Positions 6,769 to 15,478 of a stretch of DNA of 34,207 nucleotides are shown here, one piece after another (the stretch's first letter is position 1; each line of letters starts with the position of its first letter). Made by a program: the position numbers and the translations under genes. This stretch comes from Candidatus Heimdallarchaeota archaeon (GTDB lineage Archaea > Asgardarchaeota > Heimdallarchaeia > Heimdallarchaeales > Heimdallarchaeaceae): contig JAAFKJ010000070.1 in NCBI GenBank assembly GCA_021399395.1, positions 1 through 34,207 of the forward strand, read 5' to 3'. Below the pieces are notes generated by a model, which was not told the origin of the DNA, did no database searches, and was given only the letters and a program-made list of their open reading frames with translations.

Positions 6769-8268
6769 TTATTCTTCATCATCCTTGAGGTCTTTCACTG
6801 ATTTCTTATCTGCAGTTTTAAACTTATGACCTGGTATAACTTTAGGCACAGGAATTGTTTCAACATCTGTTGGTTCACCAATATATCCTCGTGCATCTTT
6901 TACAACTGATTTGGTTTCAGTTACAATAGGATCGATCTCCTTATCTATACTTGTAACTGAAATAATGGGTTCGATTTTTTGTTCAATTTTAGGTTTTGTC
7001 TCAATGGGATCGATTTCTTGTTTAATATCAGGAACAGGCTCTATAGGGTCAATTTCTTGCTCGATCTTTGGTACAGTCTTAATAGATACATAGTCCTCTT
7101 GTATTGATGATTTAGAATCAATTTTTTCTACATCTATTTCAACTCCTTCTGATTCTTCACCAACAGCTTCAACAACACCTCTTAATCTGATTCCTTCCTC
7201 ATGTTGAAGTTCAATTCCTTGTGAAATTTTCTTCCTAAGCTCATCTTTATCTTCAATGACCGCTACTTCTGCTCTTGTTTGAACTTGAGTGTCACCTATT
7301 CCTGTGGTTAATCCAATCATTTTACCAACATCTGGTACAAGTCTTTGATAGAGTTTATTTGCCCCTTCTTTCCAATGAATTGTATTCGTCTCAGAATCAA
7401 AAGCAAAATTCATGTCGTTTCGAACGAATTTTTTAAGCATACCAACGTTTGTGTTCATAGCATATTCTAATGATCCCCTTCTTTCTTGGTCTGTTAGTTC
7501 TAATTCTTTGATTAGCTTGACTTTAGAAGCATCGAGATTTGAGAAGAAACTCAGAATAGAGATCAATATAACAATCATGCTAATTGGTAATACAAATAAT
7601 GGCAGACTAGTAGTAGTAGTGGTAAATGGATAGGATAATCCTAAAAGAATTCCTCCAGCAACAAAACCAAAAATTTTCGAAATCAAAAGAAAGGTATGTT
7701 CCTTTCTATACTTATATGGTCCAAAAATTGAGTAGTATATCCAGTAATTGAGTGAATGCGGATTAATATAAGCTTTAGATAGTATTCCAAGAAAATTACT
7801 TCTTTCAATTTGCTTCAGATCGTCAATTTCCCGTATTTGAGAATACTCAATATGTGTAGATGCATATTCATCTCTATTTTGCATGAAAAGGAACTTGACA
7901 TAATTCTTGCCTTGCTTAATTGTACTTACAAAAGAGATATCTCTGAACCAAACTTCTCTAGGCTTGATTGTAATTGTTCCCAACTTGGAAGATTTGTTTT
8001 TCTTTGATAAATCACTATACCAACCTATAACTGAGTAACGAACTGATAAAGTAATAGGCTGACCTGTGTTATTTGTAACAAAAATTCTGATTATTCCTCT
8101 AGCCTTTTCTGGAACTTGGTCTACTATTGGAAGTATAACAAAAGAAATATCTTTGATGGTTTCCATTTCTATATTTTCTCGAAGATCTGCATCAACATCA
8201 GCATAGTGAGTAAATTTAGATATAAAACTCGAAGCGAAAATTGGATTTTCTTTTATTTCGTTACTCAT
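6769..8268 (-). CDS. Hypothetical 2-TM membrane protein with acidic repeat tail
   Basis: Long ORF with a beta-rich N-terminal region, two TMs and C-terminal 13-aa repeats. ATG 8268 is preferred over TTG 8277. Confidence 0.7.
   Translation of the reverse strand: MSNEIKENPIFASSFISKFTHYADVDADLRENIEMETIKDISFVILPIVDQVPEKARGIIRIFVTNNTGQPITLSVRYSVIGWYSDLSKKNKSSKLGTITIKPREVWFRDISFVSTIKQGKNYVKFLFMQNRDEYASTHIEYSQIREIDDLKQIERSNFLGILSKAYINPHSLNYWIYYSIFGPYKYRKEHTFLLISKIFGFVAGGILLGLSYPFTTTTTSLPLFVLPISMIVILISILSFFSNLDASKVKLIKELELTDQERRGSLEYAMNTNVGMLKKFVRNDMNFAFDSETNTIHWKEGANKLYQRLVPDVGKMIGLTTGIGDTQVQTRAEVAVIEDKDELRKKISQGIELQHEEGIRLRGVVEAVGEESEGVEIDVEKIDSKSSIQEDYVSIKTVPKIEQEIDPIEPVPDIKQEIDPIETKPKIEQKIEPIISVTSIDKEIDPIVTETKSVVKDARGYIGEPTDVETIPVPKVIPGHKFKTADKKSVKDLKDDEE
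6916..7071 (-). repeat. Four tandem 39-bp (13-aa) coding repeats
   Basis: PKIEQEIDPIEPV / PDIKQEIDPIETK / PKIEQKIEPIISV / TSIDKEIDPIVTE. Confidence 0.85.
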
Positions 8269-8448
8269 CTTTCTCAATTAGAAATTATTGTCTATGTTAA
8301 TAATATTTTCCTTTATTTTCCTTAAGAATCTTAAGATAATATCTCGAATTGGTTTGTTTTGTGTTTTATGGCAATGCTTGAAAGTTGTTACTAGCACTGT
8401 AAAAATCTTTAAGAAATATTTTCATATAAAAGATATATGTGAAGTATT

Positions 8449-10482
8449 TTGAGACCTGATGAATTTGATCTTCCTAATGAATTTTCTCTCTATGAGAAAT
8501 TTATTCAAGAAGATTTTATGAATTTCTTTCCTGTTTTCTCAAAATACACAGACATGGAATTTAGCTTTTTTCAGTCAATTGTATATGCTTCTGATGATTT
8601 AGCAAACTCTTTACAAATTTCAGAAGAATCACGAGATAACTATACTTTGATAGCTTTAACTGGTTATTTTCTACTTTCGCAATATAGTAAAGTACTGACT
8701 TTTCCTATACCTGTAGAAAATCTTGAAGTATTATTCTTCCGTTTCAAGTCTGCAAAATATCTGGGTGAAAAAAGCGCTGTATCAACACTTCTAGCGAATA
8801 TAATCTCTCAAATGGTTGAACTGAAGAAACAATCACCTCAGCTTCACAAAGATTTTTCGATTATTATGTCAATTGAGATTGCTTCAATGAATTCAGATGT
8901 TCAGGCCATACAGCGATACTCTAAGGAGTTTAAATCGATGCTACTTAATACAATTCTCATCAAAGATTATCCTTTACTTACATTGCAAGTTGTAAGCGAT
9001 TTGGCATACAGGGAATTCCGTACTGGTGATGAGGCTTATTTAGGATGGTTAGAAATTTACAAAGAACTTGCTGAAGCACTCAATATGGAAACAAAGAGAT
9101 TGGATTGTTATACTATGCTTGGTGGTTTGTATAGATTCAAAGGTTATCTTGAAGAAGCATCAGAATATTATAGCAAAGCTGTAATCATGGCAGAGAATAT
9201 TGGTAACAAAGAATTTATTGCATCTTTAATTGCAAATATGGCCGATCTTGAGCATACAAGAGGAAACCTAGAAAAAGCACTCTTTCTGTGCAGGGAAGCT
9301 CTTAAAGACCCAGAAATTTCGAAATCCAAACCTTCTATTTACATAACTCTATCTGAGGTATTGATCAAACAAGAGCAGTATGAAGATGCTATAAGCACTT
9401 TAGACCAAGCTCTTCAATTAACTGGTCATAAATCCCCAATTGTTAATCTTCTTTATGGATTCGCTCTAACAAAAATACCTGGTAAGAATAATTTCAATGA
9501 AGGAATACAATATATTCAGAAAGGAGGAACTTTGAGCGAACAATCTAAAAATCAAAGGTGGCTAACTTCCTATTATTATTATCAGGGTAGGGTATATCTT
9601 GATACATATGATCTCTCTTCAGCAATAGAATTTTTTGAAAAATGTTATAAATTAGCAATTTTGAGCGAGTTTCAATACGTAGTTTTATCACAATTATATC
9701 TTGCTGAAGCTTATCTCCATAGATACAAAATTTCTCAATCAGAAGATGATCTAACACAATCTGAGAAATATTTAGCTAATGTTATCTCTATATGTCAAGA
9801 ACAAGAATTACCAATTCTCGCTGAAGTTTTGTATATTAGTGGTCAGCTTCTTGTAGCTTTAAATGAAATAGTAGATGCTGAATATCTTTTCCTTCAAGCA
9901 AAAGGGTTAGCAGAAGAAAATAATAACAATCAACTTATCCATAAGTGTTCTAAATCAGTATTAAATATACAAACCAACCAAATTGAGAAACCAATAGAAA
10001 TCATTAACGAAATCACTGATGTGATCAATGATTTAGCTAAAAATTCTTACATTAAGAAAACAAAAAGAATGCCACAAATTTATTTTCTCAATATTTTCAC
10101 ACTTGAAGGTAACTTTGTCTATTCCTACTATTTCAATAGAATTTTCACCATGAATGATGTTTTGATCTCCGGATTAGTATCCGCTATAAGAACAATGTCT
10201 TCGGAAGTATTCGGCAGTGGATTACGAGGAATCGATTTTGAAGGTAAAAGGCTTCTCGTGGAAAGTTTTGGCAATTATTGTGGGATATTAGCGTGTGATA
10301 GAGATAGTTTTAATGCACGAACCAAACTTTACAACTTTGTTCAACGCTTCAACCAAAAGTTTGAAGATTCTTATACAAAAATAAATGACAATTTAACAAA
10401 AACAATGATTCAAAAAGAAGCAGATTTAATGGTAGATATCATTTTTGAAAAACCAGAAAAATCTATAGTTCCTCCTCACTAA
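8449..10482 (+). CDS. TPR-repeat protein with C-terminal longin-like domain
   Basis: Several TPR units (e.g. CYTMLGGLYRFKGYLEEASEYYSKA). The C-terminal IYFLNIFTLEG..VYS..F...LISGLVSAIRTMSSEVFG...I..EG..LL.E matches Asgard longin domains. Confidence 0.8.
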   Translation: MRPDEFDLPNEFSLYEKFIQEDFMNFFPVFSKYTDMEFSFFQSIVYASDDLANSLQISEESRDNYTLIALTGYFLLSQYSKVLTFPIPVENLEVLFFRFKSAKYLGEKSAVSTLLANIISQMVELKKQSPQLHKDFSIIMSIEIASMNSDVQAIQRYSKEFKSMLLNTILIKDYPLLTLQVVSDLAYREFRTGDEAYLGWLEIYKELAEALNMETKRLDCYTMLGGLYRFKGYLEEASEYYSKAVIMAENIGNKEFIASLIANMADLEHTRGNLEKALFLCREALKDPEISKSKPSIYITLSEVLIKQEQYEDAISTLDQALQLTGHKSPIVNLLYGFALTKIPGKNNFNEGIQYIQKGGTLSEQSKNQRWLTSYYYYQGRVYLDTYDLSSAIEFFEKCYKLAILSEFQYVVLSQLYLAEAYLHRYKISQSEDDLTQSEKYLANVISICQEQELPILAEVLYISGQLLVALNEIVDAEYLFLQAKGLAEENNNNQLIHKCSKSVLNIQTNQIEKPIEIINEITDVINDLAKNSYIKKTKRMPQIYFLNIFTLEGNFVYSYYFNRIFTMNDVLISGLVSAIRTMSSEVFGSGLRGIDFEGKRLLVESFGNYCGILACDRDSFNARTKLYNFVQRFNQKFEDSYTKINDNLTKTMIQKEADLMVDIIFEKPEKSIVPPH

Positions 10483-10536
10483 TCTCCCATTCATAGAGAA
10501 AATGTTTTTATCTTGTCTTCAAACTTCTATTTGCTC

Positions 10537-11727
10537 ATGACTTCATTCAAATACAAAGATGTTTCATCAACTGCTTTTCAACTAAGATGTACAGCTTGTG
10601 GTGATTTACACAACATACTTGCAAAACATAAAACCTGTTCATGTGGTAAAGTTTTGTTTGTTGACTATGATCTGGAAAAAGCTAAGGAAACATTGGATAA
10701 ACAATCTTTACAATCTAGAAATAGATTCAATATATGGAGAATGGCTGAAATTATGCCAGTTTACCAAGAAAAATATAGATTCAGCCTAGGTGAAGGGTGG
10801 ACTCCTCTTGTAAAACTGAATAATATTGGTGAAAAACTACAACTGAATGAATTATATCTGAAAGATGAGGGTTTTAATCCTACAGGGTCATTCAAGAGTA
10901 GAGGTTTGTGTGCAGCTGTTTCTCGTGCGGTGGAGTTGGGTATTAATGAATTTGTTATCCCTACTGCTGGGAATGCAGGAGCAGCATTAGCTGCCTATGC
11001 AGCACGAACAAAATCTAATGCACATATTTTCATGCCCGAAGATACTCCCCCTTTCATAATTACTGAAATAAAAGCACTAGGTGCTGATGCTCATCTTGTA
11101 AAAGGATTAATTACCGATGCTGGAAAAATAGCTAAAGAACAAGGAATAGAGAATAATTGGTTTGATGTTTCTACCTTGAAAGAACCTTACAGAGCTGAAG
11201 GTAAGAAAACTATGGGTTTGGAATTAGCTGAGCAATTTAATTGGTCTTTACCAGATGCAATAATCTACCCAACTGGAGGCGGTACAGGAATAGTTGGTAT
11301 GTGGAAAGCATTTGATGAACTAGAAGAGTTGGGATTAATAGATGATAAAAGACCTAAAATGATCTCAGTTCAATCAAGTACTTGTGCGCCTATTGTTCGA
11401 GCTTTTGAAGAAGGTAAAGATTATGCAGAATTCTGGGAGAATGCTGAAACAATTGCTGCAGGTTTAAGAGTACCTGTTGCGATAGCTGATTATCTTATTC
11501 TTAACTCCCTTAGGAAATCAAATGGATCAGCTATAGCAATAGATGATTTAACAATGAAGATTGTTATGTCACAATTGGCAAAAGAGGAAGGGATAATGCA
11601 ATCAGCTGAAGGAGCTGCAGCAGTTGCTGCTCTAGAACCTCTGTTAGAAAATGGTTCAATTCAAGAAGATGAAAAAATAGTTGTATTTGGAACTGGTTCT
11701 GGCTTAACCACTCCAGAAGCTTGGTGA
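10537..11727 (+). CDS. thrC: Threonine synthase (PLP fold II)
   Basis: LGEGWTPL, NPTGSFKSRG (PLP Lys), AGNAG, EGKKT, PTGGGTG, GTGSGL and an N-terminal Cys cluster. Likely start is ATG 10537 (track gives 10513). Confidence 0.9.
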   Translation: MTSFKYKDVSSTAFQLRCTACGDLHNILAKHKTCSCGKVLFVDYDLEKAKETLDKQSLQSRNRFNIWRMAEIMPVYQEKYRFSLGEGWTPLVKLNNIGEKLQLNELYLKDEGFNPTGSFKSRGLCAAVSRAVELGINEFVIPTAGNAGAALAAYAARTKSNAHIFMPEDTPPFIITEIKALGADAHLVKGLITDAGKIAKEQGIENNWFDVSTLKEPYRAEGKKTMGLELAEQFNWSLPDAIIYPTGGGTGIVGMWKAFDELEELGLIDDKRPKMISVQSSTCAPIVRAFEEGKDYAEFWENAETIAAGLRVPVAIADYLILNSLRKSNGSAIAIDDLTMKIVMSQLAKEEGIMQSAEGAAAVAALEPLLENGSIQEDEKIVVFGTGSGLTTPEAW

Positions 11728-11731
11728 TTAT

Positions 11732-12679
11732 CTAGATTTTAGGGATAATCTCCTCTGCCATTATTTTCATCTGCTCAATTTCTTTGTTCATTGGGAACAT
11801 GAAAATAAATTGTTCAATTCCAAGTTGTTTGTAAGCTTTCATCCATTCTCGAATTTCTTCAATAGTTCCATGCATTGAACCCTTGTAACGATTTTCTATC
11901 TCTTCTTGAGAGAAACCTCTTTTCTCTGCAACTTCTTTCCAGACAGCTTTCTTCTCTTCTTCAGATTCATAGATCCGAGTCCAAACTCCATATGATTTAC
12001 GAAGTTCCTTAGGCTTTCGGTTATACTTCTCGCATAACTCATCCAATTGGTTCATTTTATCTTCAAAACTTTCGACTGTATAAGCCCAAGCTAGATTAAT
12101 GCCATCTGCAAACTCTGCTGCAATATTCAGCATCTTTGGTCTGCCGTACATAGTCCCAACCCAGACATCTGGATAAGGTTCTTGATATGGTTTAGGAAAA
12201 GAAACTGCATCAGTTAATTCGTAGAATTCTCCTTTGAAGTTAGCTCTTTCTTGAGTCCATAAATTGCGTATAACCTTGATTCCTTCTACCATTTGTTTAA
12301 GCCTAGTACCTGTCGAAGGAAATTCTAAACCATACTGAGAATATTCTACTTCTTTCCACCCTCCACCATAACCAAATTCAATTCTTCCTTTAGAGTAATG
12401 ATCTAATGAAGCGATTTGCTTGGCAAGAACTGAAGGATGTCTGTAATTATTACAGAAAACAAGTGACCCAATTCGAAGTTTTTCGGTATATGATACAGCT
12501 GCCATCATTGCAGTAAAGCATTCATATGCTAAAGTGTCAACAGCATCAGCTGTCATCATGAAATGGTCAGAAAACCAAGCATGAGTAAATTTATTATTCT
12601 CAGCGAATTGAACCATTTCTTTTATTTGTTCGAAATCAAAACCAAATTGTGGTTCAACTTGTAAACCATAGAAAGTCAT
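11732..12679 (-). CDS. LLM-class (probably F420-dependent) oxidoreductase, paralog 2
   Basis: WFSDHF, LRIGSLV.CN.YRHP.VLAK..ASLD..S.GR.EFG.G.GW...E, PKP.Q.P.P. Confidence 0.9.
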   Translation of the reverse strand: MTFYGLQVEPQFGFDFEQIKEMVQFAENNKFTHAWFSDHFMMTADAVDTLAYECFTAMMAAVSYTEKLRIGSLVFCNNYRHPSVLAKQIASLDHYSKGRIEFGYGGGWKEVEYSQYGLEFPSTGTRLKQMVEGIKVIRNLWTQERANFKGEFYELTDAVSFPKPYQEPYPDVWVGTMYGRPKMLNIAAEFADGINLAWAYTVESFEDKMNQLDELCEKYNRKPKELRKSYGVWTRIYESEEEKKAVWKEVAEKRGFSQEEIENRYKGSMHGTIEEIREWMKAYKQLGIEQFIFMFPMNKEIEQMKIMAEEIIPKI

Positions 12680-12723
12680 GATTAAAAGAAAAAAAGGCGA
12701 TTAATAAATGGTTGGTTTAAAAT

Positions 12724-13671
12724 TTAAATCTTTGACATAATCGTGTTTTTGAATAGATTCATTTGTTCAATTTCTTCTTTTAGAGGGAAGAACAAAATTA
12801 AATGATCTACTCCAATATCTTTGTATGATTTAATTTTAGAAATTATCTCTTCAGGAGTACCATGAAGAATCTTTGACAATCTTTGCTCCAGCTCTTCAAC
12901 TGTAATTTTTTGATGTTCAGCTGTTTCCTTAAGATGTTTCTCTTTTTCTTCCTCATCCTTGTAAATCTGAGCCCAGGCACCATAAGATTTTTTCATGTCT
13001 TTTGGATCTCTACCATAACCAATCATAAGATCATCTAGTTTGTTGAATTTCTGTTCTAATTCATCAGCTGGAACAGCCCAAGCAAAATTAACTCCTTCTC
13101 CATATTTAGCTGTAAGATTGAGAATCTTATCCTTTCCTCCACCAACCCCAATCCAAATTGTTGGATAAGGCTTCTGGTAAGGTTTTGGAGCTGCAACCGC
13201 ATTCTTGATTTTGTAATATTTACCATCGAAATTAGTTCTTTCTTCGGTCCAAAGACTCTTTATAATTTGAAGAGCTTCTTCAAACATATCTAATCGAACT
13301 CCTCCACTTGGAAAATCTATCCCATACTGATTGAATTCTAGCTCTTTCCAACCTGTACCAAAACCAAACTCTATACGACCTTTACTAAAATGATCTAAAG
13401 TAGCAAATTGTTTAGCTAAAACAGCTGGATAGCGATAAAGGTTACATAATACTAGCGGACCTATTCGTAATTTTTCTGTTTTAGCAGCTGCTCCCATCAT
13501 CGCTGATATGCACTCAAAACAATCAGTATCAACTGAATCTTCTCTTAATAGAAAATGATCTGAAAACCATGCATGAGTGAATTCAATCTTCTCAGCTGTT
13601 TGAACAATGTCAGTTATCTCTTGCCAATTATATCCCATTTGTGGTTCGATTTGAACACCAAAAGTTGTCAT
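12724..13671 (-). CDS. LLM-class (probably F420-dependent) oxidoreductase, paralog 1
   Basis: Same motifs and same 315-aa length as its neighbour, consistent with tandem duplication. Confidence 0.9.
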   Translation of the reverse strand: MTTFGVQIEPQMGYNWQEITDIVQTAEKIEFTHAWFSDHFLLREDSVDTDCFECISAMMGAAAKTEKLRIGPLVLCNLYRYPAVLAKQFATLDHFSKGRIEFGFGTGWKELEFNQYGIDFPSGGVRLDMFEEALQIIKSLWTEERTNFDGKYYKIKNAVAAPKPYQKPYPTIWIGVGGGKDKILNLTAKYGEGVNFAWAVPADELEQKFNKLDDLMIGYGRDPKDMKKSYGAWAQIYKDEEEKEKHLKETAEHQKITVEELEQRLSKILHGTPEEIISKIKSYKDIGVDHLILFFPLKEEIEQMNLFKNTIMSKI

Positions 13672-13770
13672 GGTTAGAAATTTTACTAGATTTTAATAAG
13701 TTTTTAGTCGAAAAATTATCCCATTTTGAAAAAGGAATAATTAAATATTAGTTCTCATAATCTAATATGT

Positions 13771-14190
13771 ATGACAATCATCCAATATTTCGATGACATG
13801 GAAGTAAAAGACTTTCTGTGGCTATCTTCAGCTTTTGTAATTCTATTTGTAGCTGGATTTGTGATAGGATTTTTACGAATAGAAGATTTCTTTTGGATGA
13901 TTATTCTAGCAGCTGTTATTGCAGGGTTATTTGTTATATTTGCATCTATGTATATTATCATTAATTGGAAAGAATGGAAAAAAGAAACAGAATTATTAGT
14001 TGAACTCCCAAGTTTCCCTGAACCTGATTTCTGTGATATGTGTAGTAAAGAACTAGAGGGTGGGGAGAAAAAAACTGATGGTGAATTCCTAGTTATCATC
14101 TGTCCTTATTGTGAAGCTGAAAACATTGTATCAAGTGAAACAAAGATACAAGAAGTAGAGAAAACAATTGAGGAAGAAGAAACTGAATGA
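13771..14190 (+). CDS. 2-TM membrane protein with cytoplasmic zinc ribbon and acidic tail
   Basis: Two hydrophobic helices, then CDMC...CPYC. ATGA overlap with the next gene. Confidence 0.75.
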   Translation: MTIIQYFDDMEVKDFLWLSSAFVILFVAGFVIGFLRIEDFFWMIILAAVIAGLFVIFASMYIIINWKEWKKETELLVELPSFPEPDFCDMCSKELEGGEKKTDGEFLVIICPYCEAENIVSSETKIQEVEKTIEEEETE

Positions 14191-15431
14191 ACATAAGAAA
14201 ATTACAGCCAGTCAAGCTTCTTGTTCTATCTTACTGTATATCATTAATAGCATTAGCAGTCAGAGATTTTAGGTATATTTATGTAGATCAAATTGCGTAT
14301 TTCTTCGTAATTTTCCTTACCCCTATAATAATTACAGCTGTTACGATTGTTGCTTATGAATTGAAGAGAAGAAGACTGATTCACTTTGAAAGGATATTCA
14401 CTGAGTATAGCGTTCTTGAATTAATTGGAGTGATTCTTCTAGAAGGAGCTTACATTTTTGGTTTGTTTATGGCTTGGCATGGTGTTTCATTACTAACAAC
14501 CTCTAACTTTGTTCTTTTTGTAATCATTGCTATTTTCTCTAATTCATTATTTGTCGTTTATCTTGTTTTATGGATCAATCATAGACTATCTAAAAGACTA
14601 GAGACGATAGAAACGATAAACAGAGTTGCAACTGTAGTCAAAAAGAAAAAGAAAAAAATTGAATATGATAAAATAACTGAACTACTTGGATTCAGTTCAG
14701 ATGTATCATTTAATGAGATAGAAGGTGGTTACACTTTCATAGTTCCAGAAGACCACATTTATGCTGATTTTTTTGAAAGAATTAAGGTAGTTTATGATGA
14801 AGTATTCAAAGGAATAAGTATAGTTTTGAAATTAAAAAGTGACTCTCTTCTTTCGCTAGATATCAGAAAACGTGATTCAATATTCTCAAATCAAAGAAAA
14901 GAATTTTCCATTTCTCCTCTAAGTAATGTTTATTCTCTTAATTCTCAAACACCCGAGATCTGGGAAAATCTCCTCTCTGATCCTATCTTTCAACAAAATT
15001 TGTTACTTCTTAGACCATACTTCGAACATTTTTCTCTTAAAGGTGAATATGTTGAAGCACTGGTATATTCTGACACTACAATAGTCAAATTAATTGATTG
15101 GGTTATGGAGATGAATCCTTCAATGGAGCTTATGTCAAAGATCATTGATGCATCTGATGCTGACATACTCCTTTGTTACAACTGTCAAGATCCATTTGAC
15201 CCACTGGAAGAAACATGTACTAATTGTGGTAGTGCTAGACCAAGATGTATAATATGTTTTCAAGATTTAAAACCAGAAGAAGAAGATGATGTAGTTATGC
15301 TGCCTTGCTGTGAGATTTATGCTCACAGAGATCATATTATGACTTGGTTAAGAAAGAAGTCTATATGCCCAAATTGTCACAGTAGTTTAACCAGATGGAT
15401 GAATCAGACTAAATTGAATAGAGGGTTTTGA
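14187..15431 (+). CDS. 4-TM membrane protein with zinc ribbon and RING finger (putative E3 ubiquitin ligase)
   Basis: Four N-terminal TMs, poly-Lys, CYNC...CTNC, then CIIC-x16-CC-x4-H-x2-H-x3-W-x6-CPNC. Confidence 0.82.
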   Translation: MNIRKLQPVKLLVLSYCISLIALAVRDFRYIYVDQIAYFFVIFLTPIIITAVTIVAYELKRRRLIHFERIFTEYSVLELIGVILLEGAYIFGLFMAWHGVSLLTTSNFVLFVIIAIFSNSLFVVYLVLWINHRLSKRLETIETINRVATVVKKKKKKIEYDKITELLGFSSDVSFNEIEGGYTFIVPEDHIYADFFERIKVVYDEVFKGISIVLKLKSDSLLSLDIRKRDSIFSNQRKEFSISPLSNVYSLNSQTPEIWENLLSDPIFQQNLLLLRPYFEHFSLKGEYVEALVYSDTTIVKLIDWVMEMNPSMELMSKIIDASDADILLCYNCQDPFDPLEETCTNCGSARPRCIICFQDLKPEEEDDVVMLPCCEIYAHRDHIMTWLRKKSICPNCHSSLTRWMNQTKLNRGF

Positions 15432-15478
15432 AATGTTTATTAACTGCCATGTAAAATTAACTATGGGAGAACACGTAA

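Noticed and set aside
6916-7071. 39-bp periodic sequence as a CRISPR or mini-array
   Set aside because: These are degenerate in-frame coding repeats with no unique spacers and no cas genes.
10537-11727. thrC as a cysteate synthase feeding ComDE for coenzyme M synthesis
   Set aside because: The motifs fit an ordinary threonine synthase subfamily (STLKEPYR.EGKKT), the gene is 8 kb from comDE, and no linked aminotransferase is present.
13755-14099. 114-aa minus-strand ORF
   Set aside because: Antisense to the 2-TM zinc-ribbon gene, which has coherent motifs and translational coupling.
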